From Gemmatimonadota bacterium (lineage in GTDB: Bacteria > Gemmatimonadota > Gemmatimonadetes > Gemmatimonadales > GWC2-71-9), in contig JBDHKN010000034.1 of the NCBI GenBank assembly GCA_039586365.1, forward strand, positions 1-64,000: 64,000 bases of DNA. The letters run 5' to 3'. Both the position numbers and the translations under genes were made by a program. Every line of letters starts with the position of its first letter. Within the stretch, counting starts at the first letter, position 1. The notes under the pieces are model-generated. The model did no database searches, was not told the DNA's origin, and worked only from the letters and a program-made list of their open reading frames with translations. Positions 1 through 9,947 of this stretch are shown here, piece after piece.

Positions 1-687
1 GTCCACCTGTCGCGCATCAGAGGTGGTATCGGCCTGCGGGGTCCGGGAGAGACGCAGCTCGAGACCGACCGCCGCATGATTCGGCGCAGGATCAGTCGGC
101 TGAAGCAGAATCTCAAGAAGGTGGCGGTGCACCGCGGGGTGTTGCGGGGAGGACGGCGCCCAATCCCAACAGTCGCGCTGGTTGGCTATACCAATGCCGG
201 CAAGTCGAGTCTGCTCACCGCGCTCACAGGTGCGGAAACGTTCGTCGAGGACAGGCTCTTCGCCACACTCGATACGAAAACGCGGGAGATGAGCCTGGGT
301 CCCAAGCAGCGGATCCGTTTGGTGGACACCGTCGGCTTCATCAGGAAGTTGCCCCATCACTTGGTGGCGAGTTTCGAGGCGACGCTCGAGGAGGCGGCGA
401 CAGCCGACATCGTGCTGCACGTAATCGACGCTGCGAGAGCCGACTGGCAGGAACAGGTGGCGGTCGTAGACGAGGCGTTGGATGGCTTGAACGTCGATGG
501 CCGGCCCGTCGTGCATGTGTTCAACAAGATGGACCTGGTCGCAGATGCTGAGGCGCTCACAACCAGCGCCGGGCCTGGGTACGAGCACTCAGCTCGTGCC
601 TCGGCAGCCAACAATGAGGTGGCCGACGTCGTAGCCGTGCTCAAGTCACTGGTCCCTGTCACAAGGACAGTCAAGTCTTCTGCGTGA
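1..687 (+). CDS. hflX: GTPase HflX (5' truncated by window edge)
   Basis: Frame open from base 1: HLSRIRGGIGLRGPGETQLETDRR; G1 GYTNAGKS, LFATLD, DTVGF, NKMD. Confidence 0.95.
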   Translation, partial: VHLSRIRGGIGLRGPGETQLETDRRMIRRRISRLKQNLKKVAVHRGVLRGGRRPIPTVALVGYTNAGKSSLLTALTGAETFVEDRLFATLDTKTREMSLGPKQRIRLVDTVGFIRKLPHHLVASFEATLEEAATADIVLHVIDAARADWQEQVAVVDEALDGLNVDGRPVVHVFNKMDLVADAEALTTSAGPGYEHSARASAANNEVADVVAVLKSLVPVTRTVKSSA

Positions 688-834
688 GCGGCCCTGGTGA
701 TCAAACAGAGACCCCGGCGCATCCGGCACGGCCGTACACTGGCCGCGCTGCTGCGACCCTGGACTGCCTCCAGGCATCTCAGTCGCACATGGAAACATCT
801 CCTGCAATGAACAATCAATCGAGGTAGCAACTGT

Positions 835-2022
835 ATGGGCTCGTTACGCAGCGGTATCGCTTTGCCGACTCTTGGGATGCTCGCCGTACTTGGCGTCGCG
901 GCCGCCCAAGCTCAGGTGCCGGAACAACAGCTCACCCAACCCACGGCTTCCTTCCCGTACGAGTTCAGCACGGTGGCCGGACTCCGCGAACTCCCTGACG
1001 GGCGGGTCATGGTTGCCGACGGACTCGGCCAGGTGTTGATGGTCCTGGACATGGCGGTGGGTCGGGCGGACACTATCGGGCGCCCTGGACAGGGGCCGAG
1101 AGAGTACCGACAGCCCGACGGTCTGTTCGCACTGCCCGGTGACTCGACGCTGCTGGTGGACCTCGGCAATGGGCGGTTGACCGTATTGGGGCCCGATTTC
1201 AGCTTCGGCGCCACGACGCCCATTTCTCAGGGGTCGGTGGAGCCGGGTCGCGGCATGGGCACGATGTCAATCAGGATACCGCGCGCGGTGGACTCACGCG
1301 GCCGGTTCTACTACCAGCCGATGGGTGGCATGGGGCGCGGTGGGATGATGCCCGACTCGGCAGCGGTGGTGCGCTGGGATCGAGCAACGGGCGCAGTGGA
1401 CACATTGGCCCAGGTCAAGTTGCAGGATTTCACGAGCAGCACGAGTGGAGGCATCAACAACCAGGCAGTCTCAATAAGCGCAGTGCCGATGAGTCCCCAG
1501 GACGCGTGGGCTGCGGGGCCGGACGGGAGTATCGCCATAGCACGTGCCGGCGACTACAGCGTTGAATGGGTGCGCCCCGATGGCAGCGTGGTGAGAGGAC
1601 CCGCCAACGACTACAATCCGGTTCGGGTGGGCCGGGATGAGAAACAAGCTTGGGTGGAACGATCCGCGAGAAGCGGCCTCAGAGTTCAGATGGCTGTCGA
1701 AAACGGGCGTGTTTCAACCTCCTTTGGTCGTGGCGGCCGCGCTCGGGACGACTGGGAACAGCAATATCCCGAGTGGCCGGAGGTGATGCCCGCTTTCCAG
1801 CCCAACGGCGTGTTCGTAACGCCCGATGGACAGATGTGGGTCGAGCGCTACGTCGCCGCCGCCGAACCGCCGACGTTCGATGTCTTTGATTCGGCAGGGC
1901 GAATGGTGAAGAGAATATCGTTCTCCCCAGGACGACGTCTGGTTGGGTTTGGCCGCACTGCCGTATACCTGGTCAGCGCCGACGAGTTCGATCTGCTACG
2001 CCTGGAGAAATACGAGTTTTGA
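835..2022 (+). CDS. Secreted beta-propeller (NHL/6-bladed-like) protein
   Basis: Signal peptide ending AQA; GRPGQGPREY and repeated PDG blade motifs; GAGG upstream. Confidence 0.65.
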   Translation: MGSLRSGIALPTLGMLAVLGVAAAQAQVPEQQLTQPTASFPYEFSTVAGLRELPDGRVMVADGLGQVLMVLDMAVGRADTIGRPGQGPREYRQPDGLFALPGDSTLLVDLGNGRLTVLGPDFSFGATTPISQGSVEPGRGMGTMSIRIPRAVDSRGRFYYQPMGGMGRGGMMPDSAAVVRWDRATGAVDTLAQVKLQDFTSSTSGGINNQAVSISAVPMSPQDAWAAGPDGSIAIARAGDYSVEWVRPDGSVVRGPANDYNPVRVGRDEKQAWVERSARSGLRVQMAVENGRVSTSFGRGGRARDDWEQQYPEWPEVMPAFQPNGVFVTPDGQMWVERYVAAAEPPTFDVFDSAGRMVKRISFSPGRRLVGFGRTAVYLVSADEFDLLRLEKYEF

Positions 2023-2023
2023 C

Positions 2024-2087
2024 GGGGAGCAGGGAGCAGGGAGCTGGGAGCGGGGTATCGCTCCCAGCTCCCCGCGCCCCGCTCCCC
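2024..2087. terminator. GC-rich hairpin built from GGGAGCN heptamers, probable bidirectional terminator
   Basis: 4x GGGAGCN (2025-2052), loop GGGTAT, 4 near-complementary NGCTCCC units (2059-2086); fills the gap between two convergent stop codons. Confidence 0.65.
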
Positions 2088-2088
2088 C

Positions 2089-3804
2089 TTAGTACCCTAC
2101 AGCCGTCGCGTCACTCCCCCTGGGATCTGCAGCTCCAACCCGCTCCCCAGTAACAGGATCGATCATGATGCAGTTGGTCTGTCCCTGGCCGGAGCTGGTG
2201 CCCACTGGATGTCCCATCTGCTCCAGCCACGCAGTTGCTCGCGGGAGCTTACCACGTTCCTCCAGGCGGACTAGATCCGGTAGCCATTGGTGGTGCAGGC
2301 GCGGAGCGTCGACGGCCTCCCAGATTCCCATGTCGAAGTCGATCACGTTGAGGACGACCTGCAGCACACTGTTTATGATGGTGCGCCCCCCGGGGCTGCC
2401 CACTACTGCGACCAGCTCCCCGTCCTTGGCTATGATCGTGGGCGTCATGCTCGAGAGCATGCGTTGCTGCGGGCGCGCCAAGTTCGGTTCGGTACCGATC
2501 AGGCCCGTCGTGTCAGTGAGCCCCGGGCCTGCGTTGAAGTCGCCCATCTCGTTGTTGAGCAGGAAGCCCGCACCGGGCACGGTAATCTTGGAACCGTACC
2601 CTGCCTCGAGGGTGTAGGTGACGGCCACCGCCATGCCGTCGGCGTCCACCACTGAGTAGTGGGTGGTCTCGGGGCTCTCATCGGCCAGTACTATGTCGCT
2701 GGGGTCCGATGGCGTCGCCCGGACCTCGTTGATCGTCTCACGCAGTCTCCCGGCGTACTCCTTACTGGTCAGCAGATCGACAGGGACTGCTGAGAAGTCA
2801 GCGTCCGCCAAGAAGCGGGCGCGATCCCGATAGGCCAGCCGCATCGCCTCCACCAGATGGTGGATGTACTCCGGCGAGTTGTGGCCCAGCTCGGTGAGGT
2901 CATAGCCCTCGAGGAGATTCAGCATCTCCACCAGTATGGTACCGCCACTGCTGGGTGGCGGCATGCTGACGATGTCGTAGCCACGGTAGCTGCCGCGGAT
3001 CGGCTCTCGCTCGTGAGCCTCATAGAGGGCGAGGTCTTCCTCAGTGATCAATCCGCCGCCACGCACCATCTCGGCTGCGATCAAGCGAGCTGTTTCACCC
3101 TGGTAGAAGCCATCCCGACCCTCGCGCATGACTCTCTCCAGCGTGGTGGCCAAGTCCGGCTGGCGCCATGTCTCGCCAGCCCGGTAGGGTTCTCCGTTGT
3201 TGGAGAACTTCTGTTGCGAGGCCGGATAAGGCTCCATCCTGCCGAGGACGTACTCCATTGACCGTGCCAGAGCAGGCGTCAGGCTAAACCCGTCGCTAGC
3301 CAGACTCACGGCAGGTTGGACCAACTGATCCCAGGGCAGCTTGCCATAGGTGGCGTGGGCCTTGGCAAGGCCGGCCACCGTTCCGGGAACCCCTACAGCC
3401 AGGTGACTATTGTGGTGGCTGTCGCGCGAGTAGTCGCCGTTCTCGTCCAGGAACATCTCGGGGTGAGCCGCCAGAGGAGCTTTCTCCCGGAAGTCGAATG
3501 CGGTGGCTGCGCCATCTGGAAACCGGATTACCATGAACCCACCGCCCCCGATGTTCCCCGCCGTGGGATGTGTCACGGCCAGGGCGAAGCCGGTTGCTAT
3601 TGCTGCGTCGACAGCGTTCCCCCCGGACTGAAGGATATCCGCACCGATCTGACTGGCCAGTTCGGTGGCAGACACAACCATGCCATGCTCGGCACGAACC
3701 GGCCCGGCTCGCCCGCAGGAACTCGCCGCCAGCGCGAGTGCACTCAACAACAGCGATTGTATGGGCCAGCGGCCAAGCACCGACCACTTCAGCGAATCAC
3801 GCAT
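2089..3804 (-). CDS. ggt: Gamma-glutamyltransferase (probable lipoprotein)
   Basis: GGNAVDAA, GNIGGGGF, DFREKAP, nucleophile motif ETTHYS, LSSMTP, GSPGG; start reset to ATG at 3804 with GGAG upstream; LAASSC lipobox-like. Confidence 0.93.
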   Translation of the reverse strand: MRDSLKWSVLGRWPIQSLLLSALALAASSCGRAGPVRAEHGMVVSATELASQIGADILQSGGNAVDAAIATGFALAVTHPTAGNIGGGGFMVIRFPDGAATAFDFREKAPLAAHPEMFLDENGDYSRDSHHNSHLAVGVPGTVAGLAKAHATYGKLPWDQLVQPAVSLASDGFSLTPALARSMEYVLGRMEPYPASQQKFSNNGEPYRAGETWRQPDLATTLERVMREGRDGFYQGETARLIAAEMVRGGGLITEEDLALYEAHEREPIRGSYRGYDIVSMPPPSSGGTILVEMLNLLEGYDLTELGHNSPEYIHHLVEAMRLAYRDRARFLADADFSAVPVDLLTSKEYAGRLRETINEVRATPSDPSDIVLADESPETTHYSVVDADGMAVAVTYTLEAGYGSKITVPGAGFLLNNEMGDFNAGPGLTDTTGLIGTEPNLARPQQRMLSSMTPTIIAKDGELVAVVGSPGGRTIINSVLQVVLNVIDFDMGIWEAVDAPRLHHQWLPDLVRLEERGKLPRATAWLEQMGHPVGTSSGQGQTNCIMIDPVTGERVGAADPRGSDATAVGY

Positions 3805-4040
3805 CGTCTCCACCTGGTAAAGACGTGTCCAGGAAGCTAATCCGAACAATATAGGTGGGTAAGCGGTGTCCAAGGCGGGGGATTCGCCGAGGCGTGCTGG
3901 ACGTGTCGCGGGTAGACTGATATTGTCCTCTGTTCTGGAATCACTCTCGAGGCCGCTACGATTCTTTGGGCCGCGGGCCTTGGAGCGATCGAGCAACACG
4001 TTGAGCAGAGATCACGGGTAAATGCACCACGGAGCTGAGC

Positions 4041-4232
4041 ATGTCTGATAGACCAAAGCGTCGCGGCGAAAGGCGCACCTCAGAGCGCAGGAAGGGCCCA
4101 ATTCGGAGCACCGATCGCCGGCAGAAAGTGGTGCCGGTGGAGCAGGAGCAGAGGAGTGGAACAGACCGCCGTGGGCCAGACCGTCGCAGCGGGCGGGAGC
4201 GTCGCAGCGGGAAGGATAGGAGGAAAGCCTAG
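4041..4232 (+). CDS. Small Arg-rich protein with repeated (D/E)RR motifs
   Basis: 63 aa ORF, GGAG RBS upstream, repeated RSGxDRR/ERR units. Confidence 0.6.
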   Translation: MSDRPKRRGERRTSERRKGPIRSTDRRQKVVPVEQEQRSGTDRRGPDRRSGRERRSGKDRRKA

Positions 4233-4244
4233 TGTGCGGCCCAG

Positions 4245-5627
4245 CTATCTAGGCAACGGCTCCGGCATGTCGGCCACAACGTAGCTCATTACCGCCAGCG
4301 CCGCGACGCAGAGTGCCATCTCAGCGGGATCCAACTTGTCGACGGTGTCGGCGTTAGTGTGGTGATACCAGAAATAGCGACTGCCGTCGACGGTAAGGCC
4401 CATTCCCGGTACCCCTGCACGCATCAATGGGCCGATGTCGGCACCGCCCCCACCAGCAGAGATCCCCACATCAATCGGCTCGAGCAGCTGACCGATCTCC
4501 CGCACGACTTCCAGGGCGGCTTCCGATCCGGTGAAGCCAAACCCGGTGGGCTTGAATACGCCGCCATCGGACTCAATGGCCAAGACGTGGTTATCCACCT
4601 CGTCGGCGTGAGTCTCACGGTAGGCCGTGCCACCACGCAGCCCGTTTTCTTCGTTGGTCCACAGGACGACTCGGATTGTGCGGCGCGGTCTCAAACCCAG
4701 TCGCTGCATGACACGAAGCACTTCCCAGGCGGCTACGCTGCCTCCGGCGTCGTCCATCGCTCCCTGGCCCACATCCCACGAATCGATGTGGCCGCCCAGC
4801 ACTATGACTTCGGAGGGCAGTTCCGTCCCAGTGAGTTCGGCCACAACGTTCCTGGAGGGCGTATCGGGTAGGGTCTGGGCGTTCATCCTGAGCCGCACCA
4901 CGATTCTCTCACCTCGATCCTGCATCCGCTGCAACAAGTCAGCATCCTCCACGGTGATCGCTGCATGGGGAATGCGATCCACGTTGTCAGCATAGCGCAT
5001 CCCTCCGGTGTGAGGGGTACGCATCGAGTACGGGGTAACGGAGCGTATCAGGCTCGCTACCGCGCCAACCCGAGCTGCCTCAATTGCACCGTTGCTGCGG
5101 TATTGCACGGTCTCGCCGTAAGTTGTGAATGGGGCGTTGAACAGGACGATCCTGCCGTGCGCTTCGTCGGCCCGCTCCCGCAACTCGTCGAAACTGCGCA
5201 CCACGAGAACCGGTGCGGTGATACCGCCCGGCGGTGTGTTTGTGCTACCTCCGAGTCCGAGCATCGGAAGAGCCATGCTGCGTGGCTCGAGCAGCTCCGC
5301 CGACTCCGCTCCGCGCACCCAGTGCGGGACCATGACCGGTTCGCCCCGCACGTTGTCGAGTCCGTCTCGTCGCATCCGGTCCAGAATCCAGTCTATAGCC
5401 CGTTCCAGATTGTCGGATCCACTGAGCCGGTTACCGAAGCGATCGACGAGTTCGCTCATGCGTTCGAATGCTGAGCTGTCCTGGAGCGCGGCCCCGATGA
5501 TCTGGTTCGCGACGTTGCCGTACTGATGGGCAATGCCGGACTGCGCGAAGACCGGGCTCGCTGCCAGCAGCATGGCTGCGATTCCGGTCGCTGAGCCCAG
5601 GCACGCTGGGTGAGAGGATCGAGGCAT
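4245..5627 (-). CDS. M28 family metallopeptidase (carboxypeptidase Q-like)
   Basis: Signal peptide; zinc-site motifs GHIDSWD, MDDAGG, NEENGL, ESDGG, YHHT; PA-like insert. Confidence 0.9.
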   Translation of the reverse strand: MPRSSHPACLGSATGIAAMLLAASPVFAQSGIAHQYGNVANQIIGAALQDSSAFERMSELVDRFGNRLSGSDNLERAIDWILDRMRRDGLDNVRGEPVMVPHWVRGAESAELLEPRSMALPMLGLGGSTNTPPGGITAPVLVVRSFDELRERADEAHGRIVLFNAPFTTYGETVQYRSNGAIEAARVGAVASLIRSVTPYSMRTPHTGGMRYADNVDRIPHAAITVEDADLLQRMQDRGERIVVRLRMNAQTLPDTPSRNVVAELTGTELPSEVIVLGGHIDSWDVGQGAMDDAGGSVAAWEVLRVMQRLGLRPRRTIRVVLWTNEENGLRGGTAYRETHADEVDNHVLAIESDGGVFKPTGFGFTGSEAALEVVREIGQLLEPIDVGISAGGGGADIGPLMRAGVPGMGLTVDGSRYFWYHHTNADTVDKLDPAEMALCVAALAVMSYVVADMPEPLPR

Positions 5628-5766
5628 GACAATCCTTCGCTATGTTGGTCAGCTGGAAAGTGAGCCGTGTCGGCGATCTTCACTGTAGAGCACCAGCTGG
5701 GCCAGGGCCGGTGTTGCTGCCGCTACGGTGTTGGGTCGCTGTAGCAGGACGGCCGATGTCGAGAAG

Positions 5767-6174
5767 CTAAGCGGGTGGCGGGCCGGGAGGAATGGCGCCT
5801 CGTTCCCTCGCGCTAGTCAACATCCGTTCCATGAAATCAACGCGCTCGTTCATATCTCCCATCTCTGACCGCAAGCTATCGATCTCATCGAGTAGCAACT
5901 CCAATTTCTCGTTCGAGATCCCCTCCTCCTGAGCGCTCGATTCTGTCTCGGCCCAGTTCGCCACGCGTTTGTCATCTGCGTCGCGGAACCCCCCAGCAGC
6001 CACCAGAATCATGTCGTAGAGCCACCAGACTCCGAGCCCGCCGAAGGTGGCCAGCTGAAGCAATCCCGTCCCGATCTTGCCGACGTAGTAACGGTGTCCT
6101 CCGAACACGCCGGTGACGGTCGCGAGTGCGAGTGCTATACCGCGAGAGCGGTTGGATACGTTGGATCCCGCCAT
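5767..6174 (-). CDS. TM2 domain membrane protein with C-terminal coiled coil
   Basis: GVFGGHRYYVGKIGTGLLQLATFGGLGVWWLYD is a typical TM2 pattern. Confidence 0.85.
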   Translation of the reverse strand: MAGSNVSNRSRGIALALATVTGVFGGHRYYVGKIGTGLLQLATFGGLGVWWLYDMILVAAGGFRDADDKRVANWAETESSAQEEGISNEKLELLLDEIDSLRSEMGDMNERVDFMERMLTSARERGAIPPGPPPA

Positions 6175-6265
6175 GGAACCCTCTTCAGTTAACAGAAAAA
6201 CCTGCTGTTACGACTGTTGAAATGGGCGGTCCCCTGGCTTGCTGCCACAGTCCGCCGTCGCAATC

Positions 6266-7495
6266 TCATCTTCCTCGATCTAATCCTACGGGCTCCGAGA
6301 GCGGTTCGTTTCCTCCCTCAGGCGCGCCTCGGGAGGGGACCAGCTGACCGCCGTGCGCTCGTGCGTATGAGATCAACAGCAGGGCGCTGCGAGAATAACT
6401 GTGTATCCCACCTGCCACGCGATTGGTGCGGAGGAACGCATCGTTCACCCTCGTACCGATTCTAGTGCCGCGACCCCGGAACCGACGCCAATACTCGCGG
6501 GAATCTTCGATGTCTCTCCGCACGCCGGGGAGTCGCCGGGCGGAAAGTGCCAACCACTGTTTGCGGTCCACCCGGGCCAATGCTGCCATGAGCTGCTGTT
6601 GGGCGAACACGAACGCAGAATAGCGGGCATATGCATGCGGCGCATTGACGGCGGAAAGGTAACCCCAAAAGTTCGCCTCGTCTTCCCGTGCCACGCCCCT
6701 TTGATGGGCCTCCTCATGCGCCAGCATCTTGGGCTGATCCACTGCCGGGATACCTGCCCGCAGATTAGCCTCGCCGGTGAAAGGGAAATAGAAGCCGGCA
6801 ACTCCTACCAGCTCATACCAGGGTGTGAACAACGGAGTCTTGGCTCCACCGTACGACGCGGTCAGTGATGGCAGATCGAGCTGCCGGCGTGTCCTGAGCC
6901 AGCCTTCAGTGATTGCCTCCTCGATCTGAGCACGGCTGACCGGGAGCTGGGTTGGCTGGCCCGCATCGTCCGTTCCGTGGATTTCGCGGTACGACTCATT
7001 GGCTGCCGTCACTAGCTGATTTGCCAGGTCGGTCAGCTCCACTTCCTCTATACCGGTCGGAGTTGACCAACCAAGGCGCCGATTCAGCTCGGCGCGGGAG
7101 TAGTTGAAGCCCCAGAGTACATAGAACAACGCCACCAGCACACCGACGTCTTGGCCCAACCGGAGCATCCCTCCCGCTAGCGCGTTGCTCCACTGACGTT
7201 GTGACTTCACTGCATCTGCCAGGGCGATGGTTCCTCCGACTAGCTGTCTGAGTAACAGGGCCAGCACCAGCAACTCGCCGAGCGCAAGCGGGATCCAGCC
7301 AGTCGCACGCGAGAGGAGCCAAGCGATCCACAGACCCAACGTCTCACCGTAGAGCCACTCAGTGAGGGACGGTAACCGGCTGAGCAGCAGCGACACAGCG
7401 TACGCCGCGATGCCGGCAGCTGTCAGAAGCAGCCGTCTCCGAGCGTGGAGATCCTGGTTGCGGGGATAGACTCGATCCGGCGCGGTCGATACCAT
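6266..7495 (-). CDS. DUF3810-like membrane-anchored zinc metalloprotease
   Basis: N-terminal TM helices, WGFNYSR, GFYFPFTGEAN, HEEAHQRG, EDEANF; start taken at ATG 7495. Confidence 0.8.
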   Translation of the reverse strand: MVSTAPDRVYPRNQDLHARRRLLLTAAGIAAYAVSLLLSRLPSLTEWLYGETLGLWIAWLLSRATGWIPLALGELLVLALLLRQLVGGTIALADAVKSQRQWSNALAGGMLRLGQDVGVLVALFYVLWGFNYSRAELNRRLGWSTPTGIEEVELTDLANQLVTAANESYREIHGTDDAGQPTQLPVSRAQIEEAITEGWLRTRRQLDLPSLTASYGGAKTPLFTPWYELVGVAGFYFPFTGEANLRAGIPAVDQPKMLAHEEAHQRGVAREDEANFWGYLSAVNAPHAYARYSAFVFAQQQLMAALARVDRKQWLALSARRLPGVRRDIEDSREYWRRFRGRGTRIGTRVNDAFLRTNRVAGGIHSYSRSALLLISYARAHGGQLVPSRGAPEGGNEPLSEPVGLDRGR

Positions 7496-7690
7496 GCCCA
7501 GTAAGATAAAGGCAAGGTGCTGGGGCTGGATCTCGGTGGGATTCCCCTCATCCGCTGGCGAGCGCAAGCCCCTCTGCCCAAATTCGCAGTATGTGTTACT
7601 TATGGATGAGAGCCGGACCAGGGGCTCTGCCGGACTCATTGCCGATTTGGCTGCGGCCCGGAGCCCGCTGCCGGAAATCGGTTCGCGCCC

Positions 7691-8386
7691 ATGTGCGGTA
7701 GATTCGCACTCCACGAGTCGCCCGAAGAAATCGTGCGTGCGTTTCAGCTCGCCCGGGCGGAAGTGGATAGTGGCTACGGTCCCCGCTACAACATTGCCCC
7801 CACAGACGACGTTCTAGCCGTACGAGTGCGAGACAAGCGCAAGGGCAGGGAATCGGCACTGCTGCGCTGGGGCCTGGTGCCGCACTGGGCCAAGGATGCG
7901 ACCGTGGCTGCGCGCACGATCAACGCGCGGGCCGAAACCGTAGCTGAGAAACCGGCTTATCGCGACTCATTCAGGAGTCGTCGCTGTCTGGTACCGGTCA
8001 ACGGATTTTATGAGTGGCAGAAGCGCTCGAGTGGGAAGCAGCCGTACTACTTCAAGATGAATGACGGCAAGGTGTTCGCCTTCGCCGGTCTGTGGGATGA
8101 GTGGCGGCAGGGCGGGAACAGTTTGGAGTCCTGCACGATCTTGACGACCGAGCCAAATGAACTCACGCGGCCGATCCACAACAGGATGCCGGTGATACTC
8201 CAGCCGATTGACTACGACACGTGGCTCGATCCGGATGTGAATGATCCAGATCGGCTCGGGAGCTTGCTGTGTCCGTTTCCCGAGAGGCAAATGGCAGGAT
8301 ATCCCGTGAGCACCTTTGTGAGTCGTGCCGGGAATGAGGGCCCAACTTGCATCGAGCCTCTGGCTGGGAGGTCACTGTTTGACTGA
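7691..8386 (+). CDS. SOS response-associated peptidase (SRAP/YedK family abasic-site protein)
   Basis: MCGRF N-terminus, RYNIAPT, WGLVP, INARAET, FYEW, HNRMPVIL. Confidence 0.93.
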   Translation: MCGRFALHESPEEIVRAFQLARAEVDSGYGPRYNIAPTDDVLAVRVRDKRKGRESALLRWGLVPHWAKDATVAARTINARAETVAEKPAYRDSFRSRRCLVPVNGFYEWQKRSSGKQPYYFKMNDGKVFAFAGLWDEWRQGGNSLESCTILTTEPNELTRPIHNRMPVILQPIDYDTWLDPDVNDPDRLGSLLCPFPERQMAGYPVSTFVSRAGNEGPTCIEPLAGRSLFD

Positions 8387-8389
8387 GCC

Positions 8390-9841
8390 ATGCTGGCAAC
8401 TGTAGAGCAGTACAGGCCCGTAATCCTTGCCGCACTGTCGGTTCTGCTGGCGGTGATCGCGTCAGTCCATGTCGTGCTCAATAAGCGGGACACGCGTGCT
8501 GCAGTGGCATGGGTGGGCCTTGCATGGTTGGTGCCCATAGTGGGACCGGTGCTCTACGTCTTGCTCGGTGTCAACCGAATACAACGGCGCGGTGAAGCTC
8601 TGAGGAGGTCGGGGCTGACTGTGGGACCGAGCCCCCGAGACACCGGTCCCGACTGGAGGGCGTTCCGCACCGGGCTGGGCGAGGAACATGGGCACCTCGA
8701 TTCGTTGGCTCGCGTGGTGCGCAGGGTCACCGGTCGCACCGTCGTTGCGGGGAACCGGGTCACACCTCTGGTGAATGGTGACGCCGCGTATCCTGCCATG
8801 CTCGAGGCCATCGACAGCGCCGACCGATCCGTCGCACTGGGCACCTACATATTCGACTACGACGAGATTGGCTGCCAGTTTGCCGCAGCGTTGGAGCGAG
8901 CGGTGGCGAGAGGTGTGAAGGTCCGGGTCCTGGTAGATGCTGTGGGTGCACGCTACTCATGGCCTTCTATGATCAGTGAATTGCGGAAGCGGGGTGTTCC
9001 TGTAGCGCGGTTCCTGCAGACGCTGCTTCCCTGGCGCATGCCGTTCATGAACCTGCGCTCGCACCGCAAGATCTTGGTTGTCGATGGTAGGGTGGCTTTC
9101 ACCGGCGGGATGAACATCCGTGCGGGACATGTCTTGGCCGGCAAGCCGCGGCGCCCGGTCCAGGACCTCCAGTTTCGTCTCGAAGGACCAATAGTGGAGC
9201 AGCTGACTCACGTATTCGCTGAGGACTGGGCCTTCACCACCCGGGAGGTCCTGGCCGGCGAAGACTGGTACCCACTGTTGGAGGAAGTGGGTCCCGTTGT
9301 AGCACGCGGGATTCCGGACGGCCCCGGGGAGAACATCGATGCGGTGCGCATGGTCTTCCTGGGTGGCGTGCAGAGCGCCATGTCTCGCATCTGTGTCGTC
9401 ACACCCTACTTCTTGCCGGACAGAGACCTCATCAGCGCCTTGAATATCGCATCGATGCGAGGGGTTGAGGTCAGCATCGTGCTTCCCCGCGTCAACAATC
9501 AGCCCTTGGTGGGTTGGGCCTCCACAGCGCTGCACTGGCAGCTGCTCGAACGCGGCTGCCGAGTCTTCCTGACCCCTCCGCCGTTCGATCATACGAAGTT
9601 GATGGTGGTAGATGGAGTGTGGACCCTGATTGGATCGGCCAACTGGGATCCACGGAGCCTACGGCTCAACTTCGAGTTCAACGTCGAGTGTTACGATACC
9701 CAGTTGGCACTGTCGATGGATCAGCTGGTTGAGTGCAAGCTGCAACAGGCCCACGAAGTGACCCTCAAGGAAGTCGACGGGCGTCCCCTGCCCATTCGGT
9801 TGAGAGACGGTGTGGCGCGACTCTTCAGTCCGTACATTTAA
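8390..9841 (+). CDS. cls: Cardiolipin synthase
   Basis: Two HKD motifs (HRKILVVDG, HTKLMVVDG) and N-terminal TM hairpin. Confidence 0.9.
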   Translation: MLATVEQYRPVILAALSVLLAVIASVHVVLNKRDTRAAVAWVGLAWLVPIVGPVLYVLLGVNRIQRRGEALRRSGLTVGPSPRDTGPDWRAFRTGLGEEHGHLDSLARVVRRVTGRTVVAGNRVTPLVNGDAAYPAMLEAIDSADRSVALGTYIFDYDEIGCQFAAALERAVARGVKVRVLVDAVGARYSWPSMISELRKRGVPVARFLQTLLPWRMPFMNLRSHRKILVVDGRVAFTGGMNIRAGHVLAGKPRRPVQDLQFRLEGPIVEQLTHVFAEDWAFTTREVLAGEDWYPLLEEVGPVVARGIPDGPGENIDAVRMVFLGGVQSAMSRICVVTPYFLPDRDLISALNIASMRGVEVSIVLPRVNNQPLVGWASTALHWQLLERGCRVFLTPPPFDHTKLMVVDGVWTLIGSANWDPRSLRLNFEFNVECYDTQLALSMDQLVECKLQQAHEVTLKEVDGRPLPIRLRDGVARLFSPYI

Positions 9842-9947
9842 GTGGGCAACAAGCATCCCGTCTGAGCGGGTGGTGATAGTACCGCAGGTTCAGGACTGGG
9901 CTGAGCAGTGCATTCTCGCGGTGAGAACCGTTCGACGAGGTGTGGTC

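Noticed and set aside
2024..2087. CRISPR array
   Set aside because: Repeats are 7 nt, have no spacers and form a palindrome; no cas genes in the window.
3805..4040. Riboswitch upstream of the Arg-rich microprotein, or a longer ggt N-terminus
   Set aside because: No recognisable c-di-GMP or other aptamer consensus by eye; the ORF extension precedes a better RBS, ATG and signal peptide.
7496..7690. LexA box upstream of the SRAP gene
   Set aside because: No convincing match to the SOS-box palindromes I know; the lineage-specific motif is unknown to me.
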